Shown in pieces: positions 49,718 to 63,219 of a stretch of 64,000 nucleotides of DNA. The stretch covers positions 24,430,001 through 24,494,000 of the forward strand of contig NC_086118.1 in NCBI RefSeq assembly GCF_963921235.1. Direction: 5' to 3'. Made by a program: the position numbers and the translations under genes. The stretch is from Mobula hypostoma (Eukaryota). Under the pieces are notes generated by a model that had not been told where the DNA came from, searched no databases, and saw only the letters and a program-made list of their open reading frames with translations. The first letter of the stretch is position 1. Every line of letters starts with the position of its first letter.

Positions 49718-50186
49718 TGTTAACAGCTATATTAAAGAAAATGGCAATTGCCTTACTTTCTTTTCAAAATCTTATATTTTAAGTATGCCTTGAATGACTT
49801 CTGTGCACAGAAACTATATTTTCCAGATGCTATGGACAGTAAAAATAACCTTACATAAAAATCCAATGTGTCCTGTAAACTTAACACTATGCACTCACTT
49901 GCCACTTTATTAGATACACTTGTACACCTGCTTGTTAATGAAAATATCTAAACAGCCAATCACTTTGCCCCAAAATCATTCAGATATGGTCAGCAGGTTC
50001 ATTTCTTGTTCAGACCATACATCCGATTGGGGAAGAAATGTGAGCTAAGTGACTTTGACCATAGAATGTTTGTTGGTGCCAGATGAAGTTTTCATGCACA
50101 ACAGTCTCTAGAGTTTACAGAGAATAGTGGGAACAACAAAAATCATCCAGTGGGTGCTGATTCTGTGAGCTAAAATGCCTTGTTAA

Positions 50187-50352
50187 TCTTGTCTTGTCCA
50201 TACTGCACCAACCGCCACCGCTGGGTTATAAACATGCAGGAGCAATATGTGGTTAAGTGCCTTGCTCAAGGACACAACACGCTGCCTTGGCTGAGGCTCG
50301 AATCATGACCTTCAGATCACTAGTCCAATGCCTTAACCACTTGGCCACGCGC
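50187..50352 (-). mobile_element. tRNA-derived SINE with CORE-like domain
   Basis: Minus strand: gcgcgTGGCCAAGTGGttaagg...gattcgagcc...gtgtccttgagcaaggcacttaacc; (gacaa)n tail. Confidence 0.82.
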
Positions 50353-50489
50353 CAAGTGGTTAAGGCGGGCAGAGGTGAATGGCCAGACTGGTTTAAGCTG
50401 ATGGGAAGGCAACAGTAACCTCATGTTACAACAGAAGTGTGCAGAAGAAGCACCTCTGAATGTTCAACTCAACAAACCTAGAGGTAGAT

Positions 50490-50852
50490 AGAACATAGAA
50501 CATAGAAAGCTACACCACATTACAGGCCCTTCACCCCACAATGTTGTGCTGACCACGTAACTTACTCTAGAAATTGCCCAGAATTTCCCTACTGCATAGC
50601 CCCTCTATTTTTCTAAGTTCCATGTATCTATCTAAGAGTCTCTTAAAAGACCCTATTGTATCTGCCTCTACTACCGTTACTGACAGTGCATTCCATGCAC
50701 CCACCACTCTGTGTGAAAAACTTACCTTTGTCATCCCCCTTGTACCTACTTCCGAGCACCTTAAAACTATGCCACCTTGTGTTAGCCATTCCAGCCCTGG
50801 GAAAAAGCCTCTGGCTATCCATATGATCAATGCTTCCCATCATCTTATATAC
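50490..50852 (-). mobile_element. CR1 3' end
   Basis: Same family as 44162-44520 (WNALSVTVVEADTIGSFKRLLDRYM). Confidence 0.9.
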
Positions 50853-51669
50853 CTGCAGATAGGCTTCAGCAGCAGAAGGCCACAAACATACACACAGTGG
50901 GCACTTTATTAGGTATGGGAGAGACTCGATAAGCAGGTCACTGAGTTTATATCAAGGTGATAGCTCCAACACTACAATAATCAGCCTAGAACACAGGCAT
51001 TCAGGCACATACAAACCAAAAGCCATCTTTAACCATGCATACTAGCAGTCATATACAATGCCATACACTCACAGTTACCGCCATGTAATGGCACATATCC
51101 TTACGTTGTCACGTATCTACACAGAAATGAGGGTACCAGGTTATAGTGGTTACTTTCCTGGACTAGCAGTCAGAGGCTTGATACAGGCTTTTCCCAACAT
51201 GAATGATAGGTAATTGAAGCCAAGAATCCAATTAATTTGGAATTTTATTTAAGAAAAGACGTACTTCCAGTAACAGGATTGTTGTAAAAATGTTAGGTTC
51301 ACTAATCCCCCTCAAGGGAGGAAAGCTGCTATCCTTGACTAATAGGACATCATTCCAGAACAACTTGACTTTCAGGGGTATTTAGGGCTAAAGAATTAGT
51401 ACTGACATTGATAGGGATGTGAACAAATAAAAAGAATAACACAGCCATATTCCTTATTACAACACACACAAAATCAGGAGGAAAAGAACATCATTAGTTC
51501 ACTACATTGGTTATTATTATTTTGTCCATCCGCAGGGTAAGGAGGGATCACATCTGATCAATCAGAGGAGCCCGTGAGCCTTCAGTATCACAGAAAGCAG
51601 CAGAAGAAAGTGCTGCTTCTCATATACTGTGCAATACAGGCCAGAGTGGAGGATGCTAAACATTTATTT

Positions 51670-52400
51670 GATAAGTGGAGAGAGTAGAGAGTTTCAAGTT
51701 CCTCGGCGTGCACATCTTGGCTGACCTCATCTGGACTGCCCATATCTCTTATCAGGTGGGGAAGGCCCAACAGAGGCTCTACTTCCTAAGGAAGCTAAAG
51801 CACGCTCTCCTCCCTCATCACCCGCTGATCAACTTCTATCGGACAACTATAGAGAGCCTCCTGACGTATTGCTGTGCAGTGTGGTTTGCCAGCTGCACAG
51901 AACAGAACAGGAAGGACTTGCAGCGGGTGGTGAGGGTAGCAGAGCGGGGTTATTGGCACAACATTACCCTCCCTCAGAGACATTTATACTGGCAGACTTC
52001 AAAAGAAGGCTACTTGTATTTCAAAGGATCCCACTCATCCTGGACATCACCTGTTTTCCCCTCTACCTTCTGGGAAGAGATGCAGAGCATTAAGGACGAA
52101 AACAAAGAGACTCCTTAACGGCTTCTACCCGCAAGCAGTGAAATGTATAACACCCCCTTCCCTTCTCCTGCCCCACTCCTAAGACAGCAGCTGCTAAATG
52201 CATCACACTTCCAGGAATGGCAGGTGTGCGATAGTCCTACCCCCCATCCATATATTATTAATTTTGGACTGCACTCCTGAGATTTTAGAGTTTATTTTAT
52301 GTATATATTCTTTGTCATGCTGCAAAATGTTGAGCTGCTAAACTGTGTTTCATTGCTCCACAACAATGACAATAAAGATATTCTTATTCTTATTCTTATT
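51670..52400 (+). mobile_element. Rex1/Babar 3' end
   Basis: ERVESFKFLGVHI..KAQQRLYFLRKLK..FYRTTIESLLTYC..WF; caataaag(attctt)n tail. Confidence 0.93.
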
Positions 52401-52559
52401 CATTGCCTCTAATCAATAATCTATCCCTTATTGATATGTCAGAGGTACCTGTATACATAGCTATAGTTCTGCACAGTCGTACTCTACCTATTGAAGATCA
52501 ATAAACAAATCTTGCTGACCGGGAAGAGGAATAGGTGCAGAGAAATTGAGAAAACAGAA

Positions 52560-53030
52560 GTCCTTAACTAGTTTCTGAAAATATTTGGAGCCAGTCATAC
52601 AAAGAGATCTTGGCAGAAATCTTTAAGAGGTTGTTAAATTGGCATTGAGTTATGGAGAAAAGAAGAAAGGGACCAAGAACTAAAAGATTGCGACAGGAAA
52701 AAAGGAGTGAAACTAGGCGGGAGGCATTGAAAGGTAATAATATGAGGGCTGACAAAATGGGATTGTTGGACAGCTAAGGACAACAACACTTTGGATGGGA
52801 TGAAATACGTAGAGGGTAGAAATGTGGAAGATTGCCAAGACAGCACTTGTAAAGCTGAATCTTGAGGCCAAGAAGATGTGAATACGAATGAGTCTCAAGA
52901 GAAGAGGTGGAGAGGTCAGTGTGGAAATAGACATACTGGAACAATGGAATAGCTAAATGGAGCAGATGTGGAAAGAAAGCCACCTCTGAGTCAAACTCCA
53001 CTTCCAGATTCCACATCAAGCTGAAAGAAA
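52560..53030 (-). mobile_element. Ancient L2-like LINE remnant
   Basis: Minus frames LSTSSLET / IHIFLASRFSFTSAVLA..STLY..IQS resemble L2 LS...AETLIHAFVTSRLDYSNALLAGLP..LQ.IQN. Confidence 0.55.
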
Positions 53031-53802
53031 TGAGTCAAGGAGAATGCAGGACATATTAAACTGGTAACAGATTTTTCAGAAGCAAATCTGCATGGCTGCT
53101 TTTAAAACTGGTGTGTCCAATTATACCTTTTTCGACACATGGAAGACATAAAGTCAAAGCAATTTTTCATATTGTAACATTTAAATCCTCCAAAGATCAG
53201 CAGGTTTGCAGAACTGGCATGTTGGTTAATAAACAGACATAGCACTGTTTGACTTTTCAACCTGCAAAAACAGTTGAAGTGCTGCTCAAAGAGACGTGAG
53301 CTCCCTCTAGGTGACATAAGCTAGCAAGCCCATCCAGATCTGCAGTATTTGGCTATTAGAATGAGGGATGAGATTTTAGTGTACATTTTATCCAATATTT
53401 TTTCCAGTTTACCCAAATTCTGTATTTTAAATTCCTGACTCATCGACTTCATAACAGGACTGCTTTAATGTTGTCCAAGTTTACAATTGTAAAACTTAGT
53501 CAACTGTTGTTAAAGTGGCATTCCAGGCCAGACATTCAAGCAGGAAGAAGCAGGAAGTACTGCTAACATTAATGAGTCTGGTAAGATACAGAGGATTTCA
53601 TTCAGTTTTACCATCAAACTTTGAAAGTTATATTTAAAGAGTATCTCCTTTACCTTAAGTAACTAAGTAGCATTAACTAAAAGACCCATAGAGTCTGTGT
53701 CAACTCTTTCCCAAGATACTGAATTCCATCCTTTTGCTGTTTTCCCAAATTCCTCTAACTAATATTGTATTAAAACTTTATTCAGTTCCCTTTTCAAATT
53801 CC

Positions 53803-56800
53803 GGCAATATGTGGATTTCAAAACCAGGGGAGACAACACACTGGACTTGGTTTATACCAACACACCACTGGTATACAAAGCAGCCCCTTGCCCCCATCTT
53901 GGCCACTCTGACCACATATTTAAGAAGGGGGCAAGGAAGCAAAAAGGAAATTATAGACCTGTTAGCTTGACAGGTTGGGAAGTTGTTGGAGTCTATTGTC
54001 AAGGATGAGGTTACAGAGTACCTGGAGGCATATGACAAGATAGGCAGAACTCAGCATGGATTCCTTAAAGGAAAATCCTGCCTGACAAACCTATTACAAT
54101 TTTTTGAGGAAATTACCAGTAAGCTAGACAAGGGAGATGCTGTGGATGTTGTATATTTGGATTTTCAGAAGGCCTTTGACAAGGTGCCACACATGAGGCT
54201 ACTTAACAAGATAAGAGCCCATGGAATTACGGGAAAGTTACATACATGGATAGAACGTTGGCTGATTGGCAGGAAACAGAGAGTGGGAATAAAGGGATCC
54301 TATCCTGGTTGGCTGCCGGTTACCAGTGGTGTTTGGCAGGGATCAGTGTTGGGGCCGCTTCTTTTTACGTTGTACATCAACGATTTAGATTATGGAATAG
54401 ATGGCTTTGTGGCTAAGTTTGCTGATGATACGAAGATAGGTGGAGGGGCCGGTAGTGCTGAGGAAACGGAGAGTCTGCAGAGAGACTTGGATAGATTGGA
54501 AGAATGGGCAGAGAAGTGGCAAATGCAGTACAATGTTGGAAAGTGTATGGTTATGCACTTTGGCAGAAAAAATAAACGGGCAGCCTATTATTTAAATGGA
54601 GAAAGAATTCAAAGTTCTGAGATGCAACGGGACTTGGGAGTCCTCGTACAGGATACCCTTAAAGTTAACCTCCAGGTTGAGTCAGTAGTGAAGAAGGCGA
54701 ATGCAATGTTGGCATTCATTTCTAGAGGAATAGAGTATAGGAGCAGGGATGTGATGTTGAGGGTCTATAAGGCGCTGGTGAGACCTCACTTGGAGTACTG
54801 TGGGCAGTTTTGGTCTCCTTATTTAAGAAAGGATGTGCTGATGTTGGAGAGGGTACAGAGAAGATTCACTAGAATGATTCCGGGAATGAGAGGGTTAACA
54901 TATGAGAAACGTTTGTCTGCTCTTGGACTGTATTCCTTGGAGTTTAGAAGAATGAGGGGACACCTCATAGAAACATTTCGAATGTTAAAAGGCATGGACA
55001 GAGTGGATGTGGCAAAGTTGTTTCCCATGATGGGGGAGTCTAGTACGAGAGGGCATGACTTAAGGATTGAAGGGCGCCCTTTCAGAACAGAAATGCGAAG
55101 AAATTTTTTTAGTCAGAGAGTGGTGAATCTATGGAATTTGTTGCCACGGGCAGCAGTGGAGGCCAAGTCATTGGGTGTATTTAAGGCAGAGATTGATAGG
55201 TATCTGAGTAGCCAGGGCATCAAAGGTTATGGTGAGAAGGCGGGGGAGTGGGACTAAATAGGAGAAAATGGATCAGCTCACGATAAAATGGCAGAGCAGA
55301 CTCGATGGGCTGAATGGCCTACTTCTGCTCCTTTGTCTTATGGTCTTATGGTCTTATATCTGTCATGCTAACACCAGCATATAAACCACTGCTTAAACGT
55401 GTGAGAGCAGAGTAAAGAGAGATAAGGGCCTGGCCAAAAAGAGAAGTCTCAGCACTGCAAGACTGCTTTTTGCATACAGACTGGGACATATTCAAAACGG
55501 CAACCTCCTATGATGACCATACAGATATTGAGAAGTATGCAGAGGCAGTAATCAGCTACATAGCCAAATGCACGGAGGATGTCACTGTGATGAAAACCTT
55601 CACCGCACGTAGTTATAAAAAGCCATGGATGATAACAGAGGTGCGTTCACTACTGAAGGCCGTGACACAGCCTACAGATCGGGGGACAGGAGTGCGCTTC
55701 GCTCAGCCAGGTCTGCACTTTCACTAGGGATCAGGAAAGCGAAAAGGGCCTATGCGGGCAAAATACATGGACACTTCTGTGACACAGGTGACACCGGATG
55801 GATGTGGCAGGGAATTGAAGCTCTGACAGACTACAAGATCAGGCAGAAAACTGATGACAGCGACGCCTCTCTTCCAGACAGGCTTAACAATTTCTTTGCG
55901 CGCTTCGAAGCATCAAACACTACAGCAAGGGGGAGAACCAGTCCCTTTTTGCCATCTGACCAGCCGGCTCCAATCATTGATCCAGAGCAAACACGGAGGA
56001 CCCTTGCCAGGGTTAACCCACGATAAGCGGGAGGTCCCGACAACATTCTTGGACGTGTGCTCAAGGAATGTACTGATGTATTAGCAGATGTCCTGACAGA
56101 CATTTTCAACATCTCCCTTAGTCAAGTCATTGTCCCCAGATGCTTCAAAACCTCCACAATCATCCCTGTAGCAAAGAAATCAGTTGTAGCCTGTCTGAAT
56201 GATTACCATCCCGTTGCCCTGACCCCCATAGTGATGAAATGTTTTGAACGGCTTGTCAAGCCTCATATCACAGCCAGCCTCCCCTCATCGCTGGATCCTC
56301 TACAGTTTGCTTATCGTCCAAATCGCTCTATGGAGGACGCAATATCCACCACACTGCACACAGTTCTCTCTCACTTGGACAACAAAGACACTTATGCCAG
56401 AATCCTGTACATTGATTACAGTTCAGCGTTCAATACCATCATCCCGCAGAGACTAGTGGAGAAACTGTCGCTGCTTGGCCTTAGCACTACCATGTGTCAC
56501 TGGATTCCGGATTTCTTGACAGACAGACCACAGTCAGTCCGTGTTGGCAGGAACATCTCTGACTCCACATACTGAGCACTGGATCCCCACAAGGCTGTGT
56601 GCTTAGCAAATTGCTGTTTACACTGCTAACACATGACTGTGCAGCCAGATTCAAGGAGAACCTGATCATTAAATTTGCAGACGATACCACAGTGGTGGGG
56701 CTCATCAGCGAAAATGATGAAACAATGTGCAGGGAGGAGGTCAAACACCTAGAGAGCTGGTGCAGTGATAACAACTTGATGCTTAATGTCACCAAAACCA

Positions 56801-57578
56801 AGGAGATGATCGTCGATTTCAGACGGTTTCAGCCTGAGCACACACCCCTCAGTATCAGCGGCTCCACAGTGGAGAGACTGGAAAACATCAAGTTCCTTGG
56901 GGTGCAGATCTCGGACAATCTCACCTGGTCCAGGAACACCACTGGGATTGTGAAATGGGCCCAGCAGAGATTGCACTTTCTGAGGAAGCTTAAACAAGCC
57001 TCACTCCCTCAACTACATTCTACAGAGGCGTGGTTGAGAGTGTGCTGACCTTTTGCATCACAACCTGGTACTCCAGCTGCAGTGCTGTCAACAAAAAAGC
57101 CTTGCAGAGGGTGGTTAGGGGAGCAGAGAAGGTTATTGGGGTCTCCCTACCTTCTGTCCAAGACCTCTTTCAGAGTCGATGCCTCCAGAAGACACGGTAT
57201 ATCATTAAAGACACCCTCTCCATGAACTGTTTGTTCTTCTGCCATCAGGCAAACATTACTGGAGCATCAAAACTAAAACCACACGGCTACTAAACAGCTT
57301 CCTCCCACAGGCAGTCAGACTGCTAAATAGCTGCTCTACCTGACTCTGCTTTGGACACTTTTAACTTGCACTGGACACTTATAACTTGATTTTAACTGAC
57401 AGGTGGCTGTTGTGTTTTACTATTTATTGTTATGTTTATTATTTAGTGTTGCATTTGTTATGTTATGATTGCACCGCTTCTGGGAAACGCTGTCTCATTC
57501 TGCCCTGCAGAGCTGATGTACAGTTAGAATGACAATGAAGTTTTTTGAATCTTTGAATCTTTGAATCTTTGAATCTTT
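53803..57578 (+). mobile_element. Rex1/Babar LINE (~2.3 kb, APE end and RT), interrupted by CR1
   Basis: [80 protein letters not shown]; (tttgaatc)n tail. Confidence 0.96.
53919..55356 (+). mobile_element. Young 5'-truncated CR1 with an uninterrupted 424-aa RT-to-end ORF (53983..55257)
   Basis: QHGFLKGKSCLTNLL, YLDFQKAFDKVPH, QGSVLGP, KFADDTK; (tggtctta)n tail. Confidence 0.97.
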
Positions 57579-58681
57579 TGAAGGCTATTATTGAATCTGG
57601 AATCACCCCACCATCAAGATTTGCATTCCAGTCCTATCAATAAGTTTCTTTAAAGATTTTGTTGGTATTGCCTCTCATTCTTTCAACAGATATTTTGACC
57701 AAGTGTTTTTAGGTTAATAGTTCTGCAACCTTTGTGTATAGTTTCTCTTTGCTCGCTCATTATAACTATTTTAGATCTTAGTGGTTTCTGAACCAAGTTG
57801 ATCAATTTGCATTTAATGGAACTAGATTTCAGGAACAGATTCAAGCATGTTGTCAGGGGTCAGGATGATGTTTTCTTATTTTTTGAAAAGTAATTTCTCA
57901 CTAATATTATGCATTTTTTGGATTTTGTTAAATAATTGATGATGAATATGTTTAACAAATTTAGTATTAATGTTGCACAGCAGAAGTTGAATGTCAAGAT
58001 GCCCTGATATGTATCAGATCGTCATATAATCAAGCTCAAAGTATTTACAATGTCTTTATTCTGGTGCTATAGAATTCAGAACAGTTTGGAGATGTGAGGA
58101 GAGAGCCCCATCTGAGTTATGGGCAGATTTGTATATTATTTTATTCATCACATAGAGAAAATTTGGTTGAAGTGACTTCTCTGAGCTCAGGGTTGGGGTG
58201 TTCTCAGTTCATTGAGCATTTTCGGATTCTGAAGTCCATTACAACGTTAAATATTCATATTAAAGAAAACGTAGGCAGAATGAGACACATAAAGCCTTGA
58301 GGAATTAACATAATAAAATACAAAGTAGCTTATTCAGTCATCGCAATTGGTTGCAATTTCTGTCTTTTATATCGAAACTCCATCAGTAAGCAAACTTACA
58401 AGGCAGAAGCATTTCAGTCAATGCTCACTTTAGACTAATTATTCCGGGCAGGACATGTTTCTCCTGCTGTCTCTCAGAAAATGTTAGTTTGGCCGGTTGA
58501 AGGAACCAAGGATTTGCTGTGCTCACAAAAATTCTCTTTGAATTTCTAAAATGAGGTATTACATATATATTTCTTAATTTTCTGAGTTTAGAATTCTGTC
58601 CTGATGGAAATAGTGAGGAGAGCTGCTTAAAGAGTTTTGCAACACTAAATGAAAGAAAAGTTCGATATGGAATTCTTTTTT

Positions 58682-59357
58682 TAGATTATGAGGACGTGCA
58701 GTTCTCTTTTATTATCATTTAGTAATGCATGCATTAAGAAATGATACAATGTTCCTCCAGAATGATATCACAGAAACACAAGACAAACCAAGACTAAAAA
58801 AACTGACAAAAACCACATCATTATAACATATAATTACAACAGTGCAAAGCAATACCTTAATTTGATAAAGAACAGACTATGGGCATGGTTAAAAAAAAAG
58901 TCTCAAAGTCTCTCAAAAGTCCCATCATCTCACGCAGACAGTAGAAGGAAGAGAAACTCTCCCTGCCATGAACCTCCAGCACCGCAAACTTGTCGATGCA
59001 GCACCCTGGAAGCACCCGACCACAGCCAACTCTTGAGTCTGTCCGAAAACTTCGAGGCTCCGACCAGCCCTCCAACACTGAGCACCAAGCACCATCTCTG
59101 CCAAACGCTTCGACCCTGACCCCGGCAACAGGCAATAGGCAAAACCGACGGTTTGGGACCTTCCCCTCCGGAGATTCTCGATTGCACAGTAGCAACGGCA
59201 GCGAAGCTGGCATTTCAGAAGTTTCTCTAGATGTTCCTCCGTGCTTCTCACGTCTGTCTCCATCAAATTGGGATTGTGCAGGGTACCTACTTAACAAATG
59301 CGATATCACTTCAGAGTGACCGTGCGCGCTGCATAGCGCCACCATCTTCTCCTCCCC
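58682..59357 (-). mobile_element. Unclassified ~680-bp element, copy 4
   Basis: Same termini; apparent TSD tcttttt at 58674 and 59359. Confidence 0.88.
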
Positions 59358-60456
59358 ATCTTTTTGCCATTCAAACAAAAATGATTTCCAAACTATTTGG
59401 AAAAAAATAGTAACCAACATCTTTTAGAATTGCCTTCTCAAAATGTCTGATATTCAGTGCTGTAAAAAACCCAGAGGCATCGGAGAGACTGCCGATGCTG
59501 AAGACGGGAGGGGGAAAAAAACAAATTGCTGGAGGATCTCAGTGGGTTGATTAGCCTCTGCATAAGTGAAGGGATAATTGATGCTTCGCGTTGAGATTCT
59601 CTGTGAAGGCTGAGAGTGTAGAAGGGATATTGTTAGTATAAAGATTGTGTGTAATAGAATAGAGCTTCCAGATGTAATCTTTCAGCATGACAGATTCCAC
59701 TGGGAAAGGAATGGGCTGGTGAGTTGGAGGTGGGAGGTGTCAGTTAAGCAGAGGATTGGCAGTTGTATGAATGCTATGTTCTAAGCAATGTAACAACAAT
59801 TTCCTGCCTAATTTGTTTTAATATCATCCTGGATACTAAAACCACAATTGAAACCATGGTATTCTTTCACACGAGTTAGAAATTATTTTCCAAGATAATA
59901 TCATGTCTATTCTAGTTGCATTTGAAATTTCACTCATGACAGTATTATAGTTGATCGATACAGGTCCATATCAACACATTCATACTTGACTGTTTCAGTC
60001 AGACTGAACTTCAAACGACTTCCTTTGGCTCTGTTCAGAGGATTTGAAAACCTGTTGTTTACATAGCAGGAGATATGAATCTATGTCTGCCACAAACACC
60101 AACCTATGCCAAATTCTCATTTGATACTGTAGATAAGATCAGAGTTCACATTCATAATCTAAGCATTGGATCATATCAAACTCACCCAAAAATTTAGGGC
60201 CATTTTTGGCAGTTTCTTCCTGTTGTTCGGTTTCAGCTTGTGGAATAAATTAGTCAACAAATATTTTGATGGTGGTTTCAAGTATTAAGATATTCAAATG
60301 CTTTCCTGGAATCATCCTTGTGAACCTCCTCTGAACCCTCTCCAATGCCAGCACATCTTTTCTTAGATGAGGAGCCCAAAAACTATTCACAATACTCAAG
60401 GTGAGGCCTCACTAGTACCTTATAAAGCCTCAGCATCACATCCCTCCTCTTGTATT

Positions 60457-61126
60457 CACAAGGAGTGATTGATATATTTGTGGCCTAAGGTAGAAGGAGT
60501 CAATTTTAGAAAACCTAGCACACTTATTTTTCAACATAGTCACCTCCTACCTTTACACACTTAGTCCAGTGGTCGTGGAACATACTTTACTTTACTTTAC
60601 GTTACTTTACTGTCGTCAAGCAATTGATACTAGAGCGTACAATTATCACAGCGATATTTGATTCTGCGCTTCGTGCTCCCTGGATTACAAATCGATAGTA
60701 AATATTAAAAATTTAAATTATAAATCATAAATAGAAAATAGAAAAGGGAGAGTAAGGTAGTGCAAAAAAAAAATCAGAGGCAGGTCCAGATATTTGGAGG
60801 GTACGGCCCAGATCCTGGTCAGGATCTGTTCAGCAGTCTTAACACAGTTGGAAAGAAGCTGTTCCCAAATCTGGCCGTACGAGCTCCGGATCTCCAGACA
60901 GTGTCCACAGATGGGTGATTGATAAGTTTGTGTCCTAAGGTAGAAGGAGATGAGTTATACAGCTCTTGTTACATGCACATGCAGTTTAACTCTTTGAGTG
61001 ACTATGCAGAAAGTTTGAAGTTAATAACTCATCTCTTTCTACCTTAGGCCACGAACTTATCAATCACCCCTGATGAGTTATTAACTCCAAACTTTCTGCA
61101 TAGTCACTCAAAGAGTTGACCTGCAT
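60457..61126. mobile_element. Mariner-like MITE with internally repeated TIR motif, interrupted by a Rex1-like 3' end (~60585-60885, minus)
   Basis: Motif gtgattgataag..gtggcctaaggtagaaggag occurs at ~60465 (+), 60915 (+) and ~61034-61067 (-); insert has a (gtaaa)n tail. Confidence 0.7.
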
Positions 61127-61619
61127 GGATTGCTCTTCAATTGAAAATTATTTCAGAGGACAGGTAAGAGGCAAACCATATTGTTGGTCGTCAAATGTCT
61201 CACACAAACTTGATTTCCCTCATTGATGAAGCAGATTTTTTAATAATGATCCAATAGCTTCATGGGCACTGTTACCAATACAGTCCAGATCTATTTATTC
61301 AATTGAATTTATCTCCTGACCGTAAATCTAGGCTTCTAGTTAACAGTTGAGCAACGTAAGCAACATGTTGAATCTGTTTCCGTTTCACCATAATCCATAA
61401 ACAAAGCAACCATAAAATAAATTTTCTAAATCAGATTTATAAATTAAATCATGCATAGGAAAGACCATTTATCATCCATATGCATTACGTCACAGTCTGT
61501 TTACCCTGTAGCTATGCTTGTTGTAATGCAACAATACAACGTCTGTCTGTAGGGAAGGCGGCTGTCTCTCTGGTCACTACAAAGCAGAAGTCAAGGATGT
61601 GAAGGATTTACTCTTCACA

Positions 61620-62055
61620 TGCGTGGATGAATGTAGCTCCATTAACATTTGAATGCATCAAAACTATCTGCTTCACAGCTGCCTACTCGATTAATACTCC
61701 ATCCACGATAGTAAACTGTCTGCCCACCCCCCACTGTGACTGCAGTTGTATCATCTGCAAAATGCATTATGGTTACACATCTAGACTATACTGGCAGCAT
61801 CACTATCATTAAGAAGGACAATGGCACTGGTGCAAGGCAACACTAGCATCTGTAGTTTCCCTTCCAAGTTGTATATAACCTTGAATTGGATGTATGCAGC
61901 AGATATTCACCATCACTGGGTCTAAATACTGGACCTCTCTACCCAACTGGACCATGAATGTATCATTACCAGATGGAATGCAATGAATTTAGAAAGAAGC
62001 TCACCAACTGATTCTCCAAGGCAAATAGGACTGGGCAATAAAAGCTGGCCTTTTA
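61620..62055 (+). mobile_element. Old CR1-superfamily LINE 3' end, related to 31680-32190
   Basis: tggatgaatgtagctcca..., ttcaccatcactgggtctaaatactggac, ending ggactgggcaataaagctggcc. Confidence 0.6.
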
Positions 62056-63219
62056 CATTTTAAAAACTGATCAAGTGTAGTGAGTAAGACTGGTAGGACA
62101 TTGATCAAGGGCTTTATCTTTCCCATTTCCAAAGCCTTCTCCGGGACATTTCTATTGCTCACGTGCTTACTTTCAGTAAGAGTATTTGTCAGGATCACAA
62201 CTAAAGCAACCTTGATTTGATCCTGAGTTCTTGTGCTGCTGGTGTGAAGTTTGGGCGTGATTGTGTGTGAATGCCTTGGTTTCTTTCCACATCAATAACC
62301 TGCCTATTGCTGTTACGTTAATTGGCCTCTCTACATTGTCCCAATGTAGGTAGGTGGTAGGAGAATCTGGGGAAGTTAGTGGACAAATGAAACAGAATGG
62401 GTTACAGTGAAATAAGTGAAGGAATATACTCTGAGAACAGATGTAAACTTGATGGACAGGATAGCCTTTTTCGAATTGTCAAGAAATATAGGAAGAAGCT
62501 TCTTGATTTAACAAGAGATTCCCTTTCTCCCATCTACTTCCAATTGTACTGAAATTCATTGATGTGCATGGACCTCCAATTATTCTGCAAGTAATTATAT
62601 TCATTGGCATGGAGCCTTCAAGATGTTCAGTCATAACTGAATTTATTTCTATTTAATTCTTGATGAACTTAACAAAACTATACAATATTTTAATATACAC
62701 ATTTGTTCTAAACATAAGACTACATACATTATCTCAAAAACATTCAAAAAATAGACCTGAAAAAGAGAAAAGATCTCAGAGTCGTTTGTGTTCGAGGTCA
62801 TTACAATCCTCTAATAATAGGGAGGAATGCTATGTATTGACATTGGAGTAAGGTATGACTCAGAGATGCTAGTTAAACTGATAGTGCAGCATTGTGCATC
62901 TCAATCAATACAATTTTCATGATAAAAGCCAGGAAAGTAATACCATATACCGTGCTAACAAAGTCACATTAGAACCACCAGCTCAACTCAAAGTCATTTT
63001 AGTGTATCCTAGCAACAAAAAGCTAAAATTACTAATGAGTGAATCTCTTTAATTTATTGATCAATACATCTGCTGTAGGAGCATTATACTGTGTATAACT
63101 AATATGGAAAAATAAATTGTTAGGCTGAAACCTCATTATCTGATGATAATGTACACCCGGAGCAATTGAATCTCCTTTCTATTGAGGCAACCGGGTGCAA
63201 GAGTAGGCACCAGTTCACT

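Larger units (their letters stand above)
49892..50947. mobile_element. Tc1-like non-autonomous element hosting a SINE and a CR1
   Basis: Left end cactcacttgccactttattagatacac, internal repeat cacacagtgggcactttattaggta at ~50892, decayed right end ...ggtcactgagt. Confidence 0.65.

Noticed and set aside
53983..55257. 424-aa ORF as a host gene
   Set aside because: 5'-truncated CR1 ORF2 with its own 3' tail, lacking promoter and endonuclease.
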